Assembly (NCBI GenBank): GCA_020353055.1
Contig: CP070686.1
Location: 638,965-702,964, forward strand
Reading direction: 5' to 3'
Source of the DNA: a candidate division WOR-3 bacterium
GTDB lineage: Bacteria > Hydrothermota > Tepidihabitantia > SM23-42
Length of the DNA: 64,000 nucleotides
Shown: piece by piece, positions 28,198 to 38,910 of the stretch
Layout of the letters: every line of letters starts with the position of its first letter
How positions within the stretch are numbered: the first letter of the stretch is position 1
The notes under the pieces: model-generated
Seen by the model: the letters and a program-made list of their open reading frames with translations, nothing else
Told to the model about the DNA's origin: nothing
The model's database searches: none
Made by a program: the position numbers and the translations under genes

Positions 28198-28965
28198 TTA
28201 TTCGCTTCTCTGACAGTTCTCCGGGAAATCGAGAACATCACCCGCTTCGCTATCATCATTGAGAAATTTCTTTCTGTTCTTCTCAAACTGTTCGACAGCT
28301 GCGGCATGATCTTCTGGACGCCCGATATCCAACCAATATCCTTTGTGTACGTAACATCTCACAGGTTCATTTTTGCTGACCAATGACATAACCAATTGAG
28401 GAAAGTCGAACTTAACTCCTTCTGGAATGATATCCAGCACATTCTTCGACAGAACGTTAACACCCATCGACACAAGATACTGCAGTCTGGGTTTCTCATT
28501 GTAGGATACGATATGCCCGGCATTCTCGGTTTTAATAACCCCATAATCGATATTGACATACCGGCTGCTTGCCGCGATCGTCATCACATTTTTCTCTCTC
28601 ACATGGAGGGCATACAATTCACGGTAATCCAGGTCGGTCAGCGTATCTCCATTTATTATGAGGAAATCATCTTCAAGATTTTCTATGAGTTTGACTGGAC
28701 CGATCGTTCCTAACGGTTTCTCTTCGAGCGAATATTGAAGATCAATACCCCATTTCCTACCGTTACCGCAGATCGCCTGAAAGAGTTCATAGTGATACCC
28801 TACAGTAAGTATGATCTTCTTTATGCCGCATGCAGCAAGCTGCCGAATGAGAATCTCGAGTATCGAATAATCACCAACGGGCACAAGGGGCTTGGGCAAA
28901 ATCGTGGTATAGGGTCTCAGGCGTGTGCCTTTGCCTCCTGCAAGAATTACTGCTTGCATTGTCAC
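28198..28965 (-). CDS. Sugar-1-phosphate nucleotidyltransferase (RfbF/RfbA-like)
   Basis: N-terminus MQAVILAGGKGTRLRPYTTILPKPLVPV. About 255 aa, similar in size to glucose-1-phosphate cytidylyltransferase. Confidence 0.7.
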   Translation of the reverse strand: MTMQAVILAGGKGTRLRPYTTILPKPLVPVGDYSILEILIRQLAACGIKKIILTVGYHYELFQAICGNGRKWGIDLQYSLEEKPLGTIGPVKLIENLEDDFLIINGDTLTDLDYRELYALHVREKNVMTIAASSRYVNIDYGVIKTENAGHIVSYNEKPRLQYLVSMGVNVLSKNVLDIIPEGVKFDFPQLVMSLVSKNEPVRCYVHKGYWLDIGRPEDHAAAVEQFEKNRKKFLNDDSEAGDVLDFPENCQRSE

Positions 28966-29009
28966 CTCACATTTTCATGATAAAACAACAAAATACCGGA
29001 TAGAAATAA

Positions 29010-30206
29010 CTAGCACAAAATGTCCAGGAATCTATTTATATCATTCCCATTATTGTAGAAATGCGGGGAAATCCGTATTGCATTGTCACGTAATGCACAA
29101 ACGACATTTCGCTCATACAACTTTCTGTAAATATCCTTAACAGGAAGTTGTACGTGTGTGAATGATACTATACCCGAACGCTCACTGAGTTTCATGGAGC
29201 TTCGAACCTCATAACCTCGTTCGGTGAGCCCGGTAACAAGAGAATCAGTGAGCTCCAGAATTCTATCATAGATCGCTGGCAACCCAATACCCGATAACAT
29301 TTCGAGTGCAGCCTTCAATCCTACAATACCGAATATGTTCAACGTTCCTTCCTCGAAACGCGCGGCGCATGGCCTTAATCTTATGTCATACCTCAGATGA
29401 TCTGACTCCTCGGTCATACTCATCCACCCCATGTTGGATACTGTCAACGCATCCAGTGCGTTTTTAGAAACATATGCAATACCAATACCCTGCGGCCCGA
29501 GTAACCACTTGTGACTATCCGCCGAGAGCAAATCAATGTGACAACCCTTCACATCCACATCTACCGCACCCAAGGCCTGAATCGCATCCACAACAAAGAA
29601 AATTTCCCTCTCCTTGCAGAATCGACCAATTTCCGCAAGATTGCAGCGAAATCCATCAATAAAGGATACAGCGCTGACACTTATGGCTCGGGTTCTCTCG
29701 TTGACGACCCGTCGAATATTATCCAGGGTATATGTCCCGTTGATTAGAGGTGCAAACCTCACCTCGACCCCTCTGCGCTCTAAGGCAAGCCATGGGAAAA
29801 CATTTGCAGGAAATTCTCGTTCGGGTATCACAACATTATCACCCCGTTTCCATTCGATACCGTTCGCAGCCAACAACAGACCTTGCGTCGTGTTCTTCAC
29901 GAATGCGATCTCAGATGGATGAGCATTGATGAATTGTGCTGCCAATCGCCTTGTGTCTTCAACAATATCCAAAAATTCACGATTACAGACGATACCATAC
30001 TCACAATACTTCTGCATACAGGATGATACTTGTTCTTGTACCTTTTGCGAAATAGGCGCTATTGCGGCATGGTTGAAATAAATATAATTTCGGGTAACGG
30101 GAAATTGAACCCTTAATGCTTCCCAATCAGGCATTACGGAACCATCATTACTCTCATGCATATCAGCTCTATATCGCATACAAATCGGTTTTGTAGAAAC
30201 CTGCAT
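29010..30206 (-). CDS. Class-V (fold type I) PLP-dependent aminotransferase / desulfurase-like protein
   Basis: Motif LLSADSHKWLLGPQGIGIAYV (SHK with PLP-Lys). About 398 aa. Substrate unknown. Confidence 0.5.
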   Translation of the reverse strand: MQVSTKPICMRYRADMHESNDGSVMPDWEALRVQFPVTRNYIYFNHAAIAPISQKVQEQVSSCMQKYCEYGIVCNREFLDIVEDTRRLAAQFINAHPSEIAFVKNTTQGLLLAANGIEWKRGDNVVIPEREFPANVFPWLALERRGVEVRFAPLINGTYTLDNIRRVVNERTRAISVSAVSFIDGFRCNLAEIGRFCKEREIFFVVDAIQALGAVDVDVKGCHIDLLSADSHKWLLGPQGIGIAYVSKNALDALTVSNMGWMSMTEESDHLRYDIRLRPCAARFEEGTLNIFGIVGLKAALEMLSGIGLPAIYDRILELTDSLVTGLTERGYEVRSSMKLSERSGIVSFTHVQLPVKDIYRKLYERNVVCALRDNAIRISPHFYNNGNDINRFLDILC

Positions 30207-31155
30207 TGCCTGATATCCAATCGATGGTCTTCTGGAGACCTTCGCGGAGATTCACCTGGGGTGCGATCTTCAATAGATCTCTGGTACGCAATACTTCATC
30301 TTCAAGCGTGGAAAACTTTTTGGAATAAGGTCTCACCCTTTTCTCATCCCTCACAATATGTAGACCAGTACGGCCAATGAGTGAGAAGACTAACGCTGCA
30401 ACATCGCCAATCGAAGTGAATATGCCGGTACCCCAGGTCAGAATTTCACCCGCTGTATCCTCCCTCATTGCTGCGTGGAGAAATGCCCTCAGCGAATCGT
30501 CCACATAGTTAAAATCCATTTTGGGCTCAGTTGCTCCCAAGTGCACATCATCCTTGACCAGAGCCTGACTTATTATCGTAGGGATGACTGCACGTGCTGA
30601 TTGACGTGGTCCATAATTGTTGAAAAGACGAACCGTAGTCACAGAAGCATTCAATCCCTGAAAGAAACCCATCCCGATCCTTTCCATTGCTGCCTTGCTC
30701 GTAACATATGGAGAAGCCAACGGCCGTTGCTCACTTGCTCCGGCTGAAGAAGCCAGAATAATTCTTTGCGCACCGGCAGCTTTTGCCGCAAGCAGTACGT
30801 TCGTAGTGCCTTCTGTGTTAACCATGAATACGTGACGCGGGTTACGAAAAGAATAAGGTATGCTCGGAAGCGCAGCCATATGAAAAACCACCTCTATACC
30901 CTCCATTGCAACCCGAATAGATGATCCATCCAGTATATCTCCTGTGCATATTTCGATTTTTCGTCGCGTATCCTCTGGTATTACCTCAATGAGGCCATAT
31001 GAATTCATAGAGTTGTATCGAATAAACGCACGGACCCGGGCACCCGATTGAACCAGCTTTTCGGTCAAGTGGCTGCCAATGAATCCAGCAGCACCGGTAA
31101 CGAGCACAGATTTGCTCTTCCAAAAATCCAATGAATTATCTCTCATCGATAGCAT
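30169..31155 (-). CDS. NAD-dependent nucleotide-sugar epimerase/dehydratase (extended SDR)
   Basis: VLVTGAAGFIGSHLTEKLVQSGARV. YVTSK. Paralog of the next gene (shared FIRYNSMNSYGLIE / LVRYNSKGSHGFLE). Confidence 0.75.
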   Translation of the reverse strand: MLSMRDNSLDFWKSKSVLVTGAAGFIGSHLTEKLVQSGARVRAFIRYNSMNSYGLIEVIPEDTRRKIEICTGDILDGSSIRVAMEGIEVVFHMAALPSIPYSFRNPRHVFMVNTEGTTNVLLAAKAAGAQRIILASSAGASEQRPLASPYVTSKAAMERIGMGFFQGLNASVTTVRLFNNYGPRQSARAVIPTIISQALVKDDVHLGATEPKMDFNYVDDSLRAFLHAAMREDTAGEILTWGTGIFTSIGDVAALVFSLIGRTGLHIVRDEKRVRPYSKKFSTLEDEVLRTRDLLKIAPQVNLREGLQKTIDWISGNAGFYKTDLYAI

Positions 31156-31203
31156 CCTTTCTCAGTTCTATCCTTGTAAAGAGATATTAAGCATGTTTTA
31201 ATT

Positions 31204-32226
31204 TCAGATATTATACGTCCCTGGTTTGTAGATATTCATGTGTTCTCTTATCCACTCAACTGTCAATCGTAGTCCTTCTTCATAGCTGAATTCCGGCTTC
31301 CACCCCGTATTCTCGTGTATGTGAGTGCAATCTGCTCGCAGCAATGGAACCTCGCTCTTTTCCGGGCGAATCCGAGCTTTATCGGTAATCACTTTTATGC
31401 CCTGCTTACCGATAATCTTCTTGACCGTATCTAGTATCTCGCCGACGGAAATGTCGATACCAGAGCCGATATTAAACACGTCACCGTTATCTTTTAACTC
31501 GGCAACTTTAAGCAGTGCCCCAACGGTATCCAGGACGAATATAAAATCCCGCCTTGGATCAAGTGCTCCAATCCTTACGTGATCACCGTAGAGCACCTGG
31601 GTGATAATTGTCGGTGTAACAGCGCGTGCTGATTGGCGAGGTCCATAATTGTTAAACAGACGTACGATCGTCAACGGCAATGCATATGCAAAATAGAAAC
31701 TCCAGCCGAACTTTTCCATAGCGGCCTTACTGGCGGCATAAGGTGATTTTGGAAATTGCGGATGTTTCTCATCTATCGGCGTATATTTGGCATCGCCATA
31801 CGTTTCAGCCGATGAAACCAAAATGATCTTCTCCAGGTCAAACTCTCGGGCAGCGTTGAGTAGATTGAGCGAACCCAGTGTGTTCGTATCAAATACATCA
31901 TGCGGGTGCATAAATGAATAAGGTATACCTGGCACTGCGGCCAGATGAAAGACCATGTTCTGTTCTTTTAGATGTAAACGGAATGTACTCTCATCTCTGA
32001 TATCGCCAAAAACAATCTTGATATTCTTCTTAATATCCTCACCGGTATCCTCCAGAAATCCATGAGAGCCTTTGGAATTATATCGGACAAGAGCAGTAAC
32101 TTCGGCGCCGATCTGCACCAATTTCTCGCAGAGATGGCTGCCGATAAAACCACCTGCGCCGGTAATAAATACTCTCTTATTTTTCCAGTTCACTTCACCT
32201 CCTTTGCTCATTGAATTAATATTCAC
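31204..32226 (-). CDS. NAD-dependent nucleotide-sugar epimerase/dehydratase (extended SDR)
   Basis: VFITGAGGFIGSHLCEKLVQIGAEV. YAASK. Confidence 0.75.
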   Translation of the reverse strand: MNINSMSKGGEVNWKNKRVFITGAGGFIGSHLCEKLVQIGAEVTALVRYNSKGSHGFLEDTGEDIKKNIKIVFGDIRDESTFRLHLKEQNMVFHLAAVPGIPYSFMHPHDVFDTNTLGSLNLLNAAREFDLEKIILVSSAETYGDAKYTPIDEKHPQFPKSPYAASKAAMEKFGWSFYFAYALPLTIVRLFNNYGPRQSARAVTPTIITQVLYGDHVRIGALDPRRDFIFVLDTVGALLKVAELKDNGDVFNIGSGIDISVGEILDTVKKIIGKQGIKVITDKARIRPEKSEVPLLRADCTHIHENTGWKPEFSYEEGLRLTVEWIREHMNIYKPGTYNI

Positions 32227-33484
32227 AGTATTCCCTAAATACTCTTCTGTAGAGATCTATGTATTGTTCGGCCACGCACGGCCAGTGATGAATGGGCTTG
32301 ACAATATCCCGATCGAGAACATCAACCTTCTTGCCGCACAAAATCTCTCGCAATTCCCTTTCCCATACTTTGTATCCTTTCTTGGGAACAACATCACCAG
32401 CACCATGTCGGACCAACACCTCAGCCATTTGACCAGTAGCAGTGGAGAAGACGGGAACGCCCATTGCCAGAGCAATGATAGTAGCGGTCGGCCCGGCCTC
32501 TGACAGTGAGCTCATTATGAATAAATCGGCAGCAGTGTAGTAGTCAAAGAGTTCCTTTTCCCGAATGTAGCCTGTAAAAAGGAGCTTGCCCTTCTTGAGC
32601 AACCCTGCTCCCAACTTACTCAAATATCGCTCGTAGGCCTCATCGCCATGACCGGTCACGATATACACAAAATCATGATCCTTGTCCAATTTATTCAAAG
32701 TGCTAATGACCTTATCCACTTGCTTTGCATCAACCAATCTTGCTGAAGAAAGAAAGATTTTTTGTTTATTGTTTAACCCCAGTTTTGCTCTGACTCGCAT
32801 CTTTTGTTTGCGAGGCGTCCAAAAATCGAAATTAATACCTATTGAGAGCGAAATAATTTCATTTTTGGTGTACATCATAATGTTCTTCCTGCTGTACTCG
32901 TCACAACACGTAAAATAACCAACTCTACTAAGCAATTTCTTGAGGATAAAATGTTCTCGCACATCGTGCAGCTTTGCCGGTATGTTTTTCTGAAATCTAT
33001 GAAGATGACGTATCGGGCTGCTGAATTCACCCCAGAACTGACCGATGCAAGGGAAATTTATCGGGATTCTCAATATGTCCCTGGCAATTCCTTTATCCAT
33101 TGCCATCACTCTCACAAGTATATTACTCGTTTGAATCTCCTTCACGAGATACGTCATCATGCTCTCCGACTGCGGAAATACGATTCTTTTGACACCATAC
33201 ATTTGCTTCCTGCCAATTGCCGGGAATAACCTGTGTACCAATCCGTCGGGAAAAGTATGACTGTAGACTCTGTCTGCTCTATAGTCCGGTTGCCATATCT
33301 CAAATACGAAATCATCGGTAAGCATCAAGACCTCGGTTCCTATTTGATTGAGCCAATCGTATTCCCAGATGCCAACCCACTGACCGTTGGGCACATCCCA
33401 ATTCACGCGCGGGCGTGGGTCATTCCAATAAAGGTCATAAGGCGGACAAAAGGGCATGATATTTATTATCTTTCTCTTCAACAT
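32216..33484 (-). CDS. Glycosyltransferase (GT4-like C-terminal domain) with an atypical N-terminal half
   Basis: C-terminal LFIMSSLSEAGPTATIIALAMGVPVFSTATG motif. The N-terminal 200 aa are not recognisable. Confidence 0.5.
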   Translation of the reverse strand: MLKRKIINIMPFCPPYDLYWNDPRPRVNWDVPNGQWVGIWEYDWLNQIGTEVLMLTDDFVFEIWQPDYRADRVYSHTFPDGLVHRLFPAIGRKQMYGVKRIVFPQSESMMTYLVKEIQTSNILVRVMAMDKGIARDILRIPINFPCIGQFWGEFSSPIRHLHRFQKNIPAKLHDVREHFILKKLLSRVGYFTCCDEYSRKNIMMYTKNEIISLSIGINFDFWTPRKQKMRVRAKLGLNNKQKIFLSSARLVDAKQVDKVISTLNKLDKDHDFVYIVTGHGDEAYERYLSKLGAGLLKKGKLLFTGYIREKELFDYYTAADLFIMSSLSEAGPTATIIALAMGVPVFSTATGQMAEVLVRHGAGDVVPKKGYKVWERELREILCGKKVDVLDRDIVKPIHHWPCVAEQYIDLYRRVFREYCEY

Positions 33485-33491
33485 CTATCAC

Positions 33492-34658
33492 TCACCTTAT
33501 CTTTGCATGATAAGCAGCGAACAACCTATCGTAAACCTTCTCGGTTCTCGCAATCACGTTACTCCAGTCGTAATATGGTTTCGAGAGAGCCCGACAACTA
33601 TCATATTTTCTGGGATTTTGGGTAATTTTGAGAATACACTTCATAACCTCGTCTTTGTTTTCAGGAATCTCACCCAGTCCCTGCCTGATGTGACCTGGAA
33701 ATTCCTCGAGAATAGGGCTGACGACAGGCACTCCACACGCAAGGGCCTCTATCACCGAAACATCGATTCCCCAATAGTTAACCGCAAAAGCAGGATGCAC
33801 GTATATATCAGCAGCACTCAGATAAAGAGGTAGTGCATCATGCGGTAAATGCCCATAATAAATTGCACCAGATGATTTCACACTCTCATATAGTTCATCC
33901 CCGGGAGAGCCACCAATGAGTACCAGTTCCACCTTCATTTTAGTTTTTAGCTTTCGGTATGCTTCGATAATAAGATCGACCCCCTTGAGACGGTAGAATT
34001 TGCCTATGTAAAGCATTATTACTGCAGTATCAGGAAGACCTAATTTGCTTCTTGCATAGGACTTGCTAAACGGACGAAACACTCTAAAGTCAACGCCAAC
34101 AGTCTGCTTGGTTACGCGTGACTTGGATAAGAATCCCTCCAGAAACTGACTTTCACTTTCTCGCAACACAAAGAAGTGATCGATATTCATCAACGCTCTT
34201 CTTTCAACCACGGAGGACAAAAGGTTGAGAACGTTTCCATTCTGGTGAAACCGGGCTATAGAAGGAGAATCGCCATGATGCTGTGCCACTATCGGAACAC
34301 CCTTGAGTAAGAAAGACATGAGATAGAGTGGGTTACTATGTATGCCGTTGTGATGGATCAAAATTTCGTGGGCGCGGCATTGTCTCTTTAACTCACGCAG
34401 CAGAGATGGAGAATAATCACCGAAATACGGCACATGTCTTGCAGGGAAAAGCCTACACATGACACCCTGGACATTACGGCTAAGCTGCCGATCAATGGTG
34501 CGCTCGGGGCGCCAGTTCTCCACTTGATATTTATCAATGTACTCAACCGTTCGACGCGCAATGGCACCACTCCACCCTGCGAGGAAGTAGTAATCCGAAT
34601 CTCTCTCCGGAAAAAAAGAACCATGAGAGCGATAATACAGATGTATGATTTTCTTCAT
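33492..34658 (-). CDS. Glycosyltransferase family 4-like
   Basis: Motif YVHPAFAVNYWGIDVSVIEALACGVPVVSP. GT-B size of about 388 aa. Confidence 0.6.
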   Translation of the reverse strand: MKKIIHLYYRSHGSFFPERDSDYYFLAGWSGAIARRTVEYIDKYQVENWRPERTIDRQLSRNVQGVMCRLFPARHVPYFGDYSPSLLRELKRQCRAHEILIHHNGIHSNPLYLMSFLLKGVPIVAQHHGDSPSIARFHQNGNVLNLLSSVVERRALMNIDHFFVLRESESQFLEGFLSKSRVTKQTVGVDFRVFRPFSKSYARSKLGLPDTAVIMLYIGKFYRLKGVDLIIEAYRKLKTKMKVELVLIGGSPGDELYESVKSSGAIYYGHLPHDALPLYLSAADIYVHPAFAVNYWGIDVSVIEALACGVPVVSPILEEFPGHIRQGLGEIPENKDEVMKCILKITQNPRKYDSCRALSKPYYDWSNVIARTEKVYDRLFAAYHAKIR

Positions 34659-34667
34659 GCCTGCAAG

Positions 34668-36293
34668 CTAATCGCAAGTGTCGGCGTATTCACGACTGAT
34701 TTCAGCCGATGCATATCTTTTCATCTCTAAAGGGTTAAGAATCTTGAAAAAGAAACTCGCATCCTTCCTGTCAAACTCTCCAAGGACAACAAGGCTCAAT
34801 GTATACAGTACTACGCCACTAATTCCCGCGGCTACAAGATGCAACAAGTTGATGTTGCTGACAAAACGGGAAAACGAGAAAAGGAAGACACCCATGATTG
34901 CCGCTGCCGTAATTTGACGCAGGACGCGAGGATTCGGTTTTGAACCTGTAATTTTGTATGCATAGAATCTGAATAATACCGCGCCAACGCTGATTGATAT
35001 CAACGTGCTGACGGCGGCTCCAATACCTCCCATGCCGAGCAGTCGCAGCCCCATGAACTCTCGCGGAATGAAAATTACGTTGAGGATAGCATCGAGAACG
35101 AATATAACAACGCTTATCTTTGCAGCAAGGAAAATATGATTGGTCCCCCCTATTTGTTGTGTGTAGGGTGCCGTGGTACCGTTCACGAAAACAACAGCGA
35201 CGAGGATCACAAGAAGTGGTGCCGATTGAGCAAATCCGGCTCCAAGCAATACGGTGCATATGGGCCGGGCCAGTATAAGAATAAAAATCAGCGCTGGGCT
35301 GAAAACCATAGATAGATATCTCTCTGCTCGGTTTGAGAGGCTGCGTATAGATCCTACTTTATTCTGAGAATGATAGGCCGATATCGTCGGAAAAATAAGA
35401 GTCGTGCTTGCAATAGTGATGTAGGACAGTGCAAATGAAATCTGCTGCGCGGCAGAGTAGAAGCCGACATCACTCGTTGTCCAGAAAAACTGTATCATCA
35501 CTTTGTCCATGTTGTGGGTTATGTCCGTAAGGAAGGCAATCACGACCACTGGCAAAGCGAACTTCGCATAACTCTTCAAGTATTCCTTTGTCGGTTTCGC
35601 GACCGGATAGCCGCGAAACAAGTAAATAAAGCAGAAGAGGATAACAACCGCACTGATTAAACTGGCTCCCGCAAGCATGACAACACCGAGACCCACTACC
35701 GCAACAATGACCTTTCCGGAAACTTCCACGACCTTGCCAACGATCAACGGAATACTCTGTTTTGCCGTTTCCTTCCTCGCACCAAAGGTAATATTTATCA
35801 TCATCGATGCATTGCCGATGATGGTAGATAGTAACATCACATAAAGTACAAGTTCGTGCTCCCTGCTTACAAAACTGCTGTGTCCAAAGGCTTTCGGTAT
35901 CAAAACGGTGGCCAGCACTATGACGGACATGGATAAAGTAAGTAACATCTTCGCGCTGAAATAGGTGCCGTTACATACACCGAAATCCTTACCTTCAGAC
36001 ACGCGCTTTACATGAGCCGAACCAAAACCCAAATCTGAAAAACTGCGGAAAATTCCCACGTATGCCAGCGCGAATGCTATGATCCCGAGAGCTTCCGGGC
36101 CCATATAACGGGCGACAAAGAATAGCGAGATGTAACCTAACCCTGTCGTACCGACATTGCTGAAAAATGCCAGTGATACCTTACGTGCAATCATGACTAT
36201 ATCTTCTTTATGGTGCGCGCCGGGTTTCCTGCAACAACTGTTCGAGGAGGAACATCTTTGGTGACAACTGCACCAGCCCCGACAATAGCGCAC
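34668..36293 (-). CDS. Wzx-type oligosaccharide flippase (MOP superfamily polysaccharide biosynthesis protein)
   Basis: Multiple predicted TM segments. N-terminus after the probable true start is MIARKVSLAFFSNVGTTGLGYISLFFVARYMGPEALG. The track's first codon is a GTG shown as M. An ATG near 36194 would remove the overlap with the upstream acetyltransferase gene. Confidence 0.7.
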   Translation of the reverse strand: MRYCRGWCSCHQRCSSSNSCCRKPGAHHKEDIVMIARKVSLAFFSNVGTTGLGYISLFFVARYMGPEALGIIAFALAYVGIFRSFSDLGFGSAHVKRVSEGKDFGVCNGTYFSAKMLLTLSMSVIVLATVLIPKAFGHSSFVSREHELVLYVMLLSTIIGNASMMINITFGARKETAKQSIPLIVGKVVEVSGKVIVAVVGLGVVMLAGASLISAVVILFCFIYLFRGYPVAKPTKEYLKSYAKFALPVVVIAFLTDITHNMDKVMIQFFWTTSDVGFYSAAQQISFALSYITIASTTLIFPTISAYHSQNKVGSIRSLSNRAERYLSMVFSPALIFILILARPICTVLLGAGFAQSAPLLVILVAVVFVNGTTAPYTQQIGGTNHIFLAAKISVVIFVLDAILNVIFIPREFMGLRLLGMGGIGAAVSTLISISVGAVLFRFYAYKITGSKPNPRVLRQITAAAIMGVFLFSFSRFVSNINLLHLVAAGISGVVLYTLSLVVLGEFDRKDASFFFKILNPLEMKRYASAEISREYADTCD

Positions 36294-36841
36294 TCACCTA
36301 TTTCGACCCCCATAAGAATAGTTGTATTGGCGCCGATATAACAACCATTCCGAAGCACTATGGGTGCGCTTGTGCTATGGTAGGCAGAAATCTTCAGCGG
36401 ACTTTTACCAACATCCAGATGGGTTATGAACGTTGTTCTCAAAGAAACAGTGACCGAATCGTGGATTATTATTGAGTTCCGTAAATCAAAAAAAACCTCT
36501 TTCCCTATATGGCAGTTGTCACCTATCCTTAGGTTCGCATAGCTTTTACAATTATCGAAAATCAATGGAGTTTCAATGTCACAAGATTTCCCAATTACTG
36601 CGCCGTTTCCAAGCAGTATAGGTATTGCAGCTCTCCTGTCGACAATCCGCAAAAGTCTATTGGCATTGTCGAAACCCAAAACGACTTTGCTCAATTTGAA
36701 GCGAATTACATCAGCAGCAATACACAAACGTCCTATCAAATGCAGAATGCCTGTACCCATGAATACCTCTAAATGAAATGTCGTATCTTGAGCCTTTTGC
36801 TTCTCATACCCCAGCAAAGGCCTGAAATCAATCCTTGCCAT
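36197..36841 (-). CDS. Left-handed beta-helix (hexapeptide) sugar acetyltransferase, NeuD/PglD-like
   Basis: C-terminal IGANTTILMGVEIGECAIVGAGAVVTKDVPPRTVVAGNPARTI. About 214 aa. Confidence 0.75.
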   Translation of the reverse strand: MARIDFRPLLGYEKQKAQDTTFHLEVFMGTGILHLIGRLCIAADVIRFKLSKVVLGFDNANRLLRIVDRRAAIPILLGNGAVIGKSCDIETPLIFDNCKSYANLRIGDNCHIGKEVFFDLRNSIIIHDSVTVSLRTTFITHLDVGKSPLKISAYHSTSAPIVLRNGCYIGANTTILMGVEIGECAIVGAGAVVTKDVPPRTVVAGNPARTIKKI

Positions 36842-37725
36842 TTTGCTATAACCACAGAAACACGCCCTCTCTTAAGATAAATTAGTGAACTGCGACATAA
36901 ATCTCGCCTCAGGTGATACCAGAAGTATCTTCTGAAATATCTTTTCGTTCTGTGCAGCAGAACCACTAACATAGGATTCCTGGCATCATAATATGCCTTC
37001 AGAGCAGAATCCTTCCCCAAGGTCATACTTTCCTTATGCCACACCTTTGCCAGTGGCGTGTACATGATTTTGTATCCCGAACGCTTTGATCTCGCCTGCC
37101 AATCATATTCTTCTGATTGAAGAAAAAATGTAGTGTCATATCCTCCTGTATCCTTATATAATCTGCTACTAACGAGTGTACATATATCATCGGCAAAGTA
37201 ACGCTCACAGACTTCATCATACTGCCCCATATCCTCCTCACCATTGCCTATATGACCACCACTCCATCTCACAGGATGTTCTTTCTTGCCTACCGTCTGC
37301 AGTATGTTTTGCCTGTCATAATAGTAAACCTTACCAGTGACGAATCCGATCTTTCTGCCGGATTCAGCAACCCTTACGAATTCAGATATTGCCGCCGGGT
37401 CAATAACGGTATCATTGTTCATTACTATGCAATAATCCGAATTTCTTTCATCAAAGGCATATTTTAGCCCGACGTTGAAACCACCGGCATAGCCGAGGTT
37501 CTTTTTATTCTCGATGATCTCAATATTGGAGCCGAATTCTTTTCTAAATGCCTGCGGGCTGCCGTCGGTCGAACCATTATCGATTACCAGTATTCGGAAG
37601 TTCGGGTAGTTAGACTTGAGCACCGATTCAACACAATCGATAGTCACCGTCCGACCGTTCCAATTTAGAATCAGAACATAAACCAACGGTGTTTTTCTTG
37701 TCCTTAAGGTCTTCTTGGAACTCAC
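36769..37725 (-). CDS. Glycosyltransferase family 2
   Basis: LVYVLILNWNGRTVTIDCVESVLKSNYPNFRILVIDNGSTDGS. Confidence 0.8.
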   Translation of the reverse strand: MSSKKTLRTRKTPLVYVLILNWNGRTVTIDCVESVLKSNYPNFRILVIDNGSTDGSPQAFRKEFGSNIEIIENKKNLGYAGGFNVGLKYAFDERNSDYCIVMNNDTVIDPAAISEFVRVAESGRKIGFVTGKVYYYDRQNILQTVGKKEHPVRWSGGHIGNGEEDMGQYDEVCERYFADDICTLVSSRLYKDTGGYDTTFFLQSEEYDWQARSKRSGYKIMYTPLAKVWHKESMTLGKDSALKAYYDARNPMLVVLLHRTKRYFRRYFWYHLRRDLCRSSLIYLKRGRVSVVIAKWQGLISGLCWGMRSKRLKIRHFI

Positions 37726-38831
37726 TTGAAATCCCGGATCTTTTCAACGATATAATCCTGCTCAGCTTCGGTCAGATCAGGGAAGAGGGGAAGTGTGGCA
37801 AGTCGGCGCCAAATTCTCTCAGCTACTGGTAGTTTTCTGTAGTACGGCTTGTACATGTCATATAGATGGTTCGGGATATAGTGTACTCCGGCAGATATCT
37901 CATTCGCCGCAAGATATTCGATGAGGGCATCGCGTCGTCCGTCTAACACCTTAATCACATAATTATGATTCGCACTCTTCACATATTCCTTCTCTACCGG
38001 TGTCTCAATCCAGTTCACATCTTTAAATGCTTCATTGTATTTTTCGACGATCTCTCGCCGGCGCGCGTTCATCCGATCCAATTTCTGCAACTGAACCAAC
38101 CCGATTGCGGCAAGTATATCGTTGAGATGGTATTTATAGCCAACCTCCTCTACATCATATTCCCATTTGTACGCTTTGTCTTTCGTACGATCCCATGTTC
38201 CACGGCTGATACCAAGCCAGTACAGTTTCCTGATCCTTTCCGCAACGGCGCTGTCATGTACAGTAATCGCCCCACCATCGCCCATGGCGAGATTCTTCAC
38301 CGCATGAAAACTAAAGCAAGTGGCATCACCTATTGAGCCGATCTTTTTTCCTTTGTATTCACCGCCGCAGGCATGGGCAGCATCTTCGATAACCCTGACG
38401 CCTTTTTTCGATGCGATCTCCAATATCGGATCCATATCGCACGCATGCCCGCCATAGTGAACCAGCAGAATCGCTGCCGTCCTGGGGCCAACGAGACTCT
38501 CTATCTCGTCGATCCTCATGTTTAGAGTATCTTCTTCTATATCAGCAAATACCGGAACAGCCTCGTTGTACAGTATCGCGTGGTTTGTCGAAACAAAACT
38601 CATCGGTGAGGTGATAACCTCTTTGCCGGTAACGTCCATGACCTTTAACGCTAAATGCAGCGCCGCCGTACATGAATTGAGTGCGACCACATGTTCAACA
38701 CCGAGGTAGCTTGCGAATTGCCCCTCGAATTCTCTGGTCTTTGGTCCGAGACCAATCCATCCGGACCTAAGAACCTTCTCAACCGCTCTTATTTCGTCAT
38801 CTCCCATGGATGGTCTGAAAACAGGTATCAT
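37722..38831 (-). CDS. DegT/DnrJ/EryC1/StrS-family sugar aminotransferase
   Basis: MIPVFRPSMGDDEIRAVEKVLRSGWIGLGPKTREFE...ALNSCTAALHLAL. Lys in FSFHAVKNLAMGDGG. Confidence 0.8.
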   Translation of the reverse strand: MIPVFRPSMGDDEIRAVEKVLRSGWIGLGPKTREFEGQFASYLGVEHVVALNSCTAALHLALKVMDVTGKEVITSPMSFVSTNHAILYNEAVPVFADIEEDTLNMRIDEIESLVGPRTAAILLVHYGGHACDMDPILEIASKKGVRVIEDAAHACGGEYKGKKIGSIGDATCFSFHAVKNLAMGDGGAITVHDSAVAERIRKLYWLGISRGTWDRTKDKAYKWEYDVEEVGYKYHLNDILAAIGLVQLQKLDRMNARRREIVEKYNEAFKDVNWIETPVEKEYVKSANHNYVIKVLDGRRDALIEYLAANEISAGVHYIPNHLYDMYKPYYRKLPVAERIWRRLATLPLFPDLTEAEQDYIVEKIRDFK

Positions 38832-38910
38832 ATGACCCCCTTAATCTCGGCCGACAATAATGATGGGCTTGACTGTAAGCACAAAAAGACTAAGCAACCC
38901 ATCGAAAAAT

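Noticed and set aside
34668-36293. Apparent 97-nt overlap between the Wzx gene and the acetyltransferase gene, and the odd Cys-rich N-terminus MRYCRGWCSCHQRC.
   Set aside because: The track's first codon is GTG rendered as M. The Cys-rich stretch is the out-of-frame reading of the acetyltransferase C-terminus. An internal ATG (MIARKVSLAFF..., about 36194) gives a typical flippase N-terminus and no overlap.
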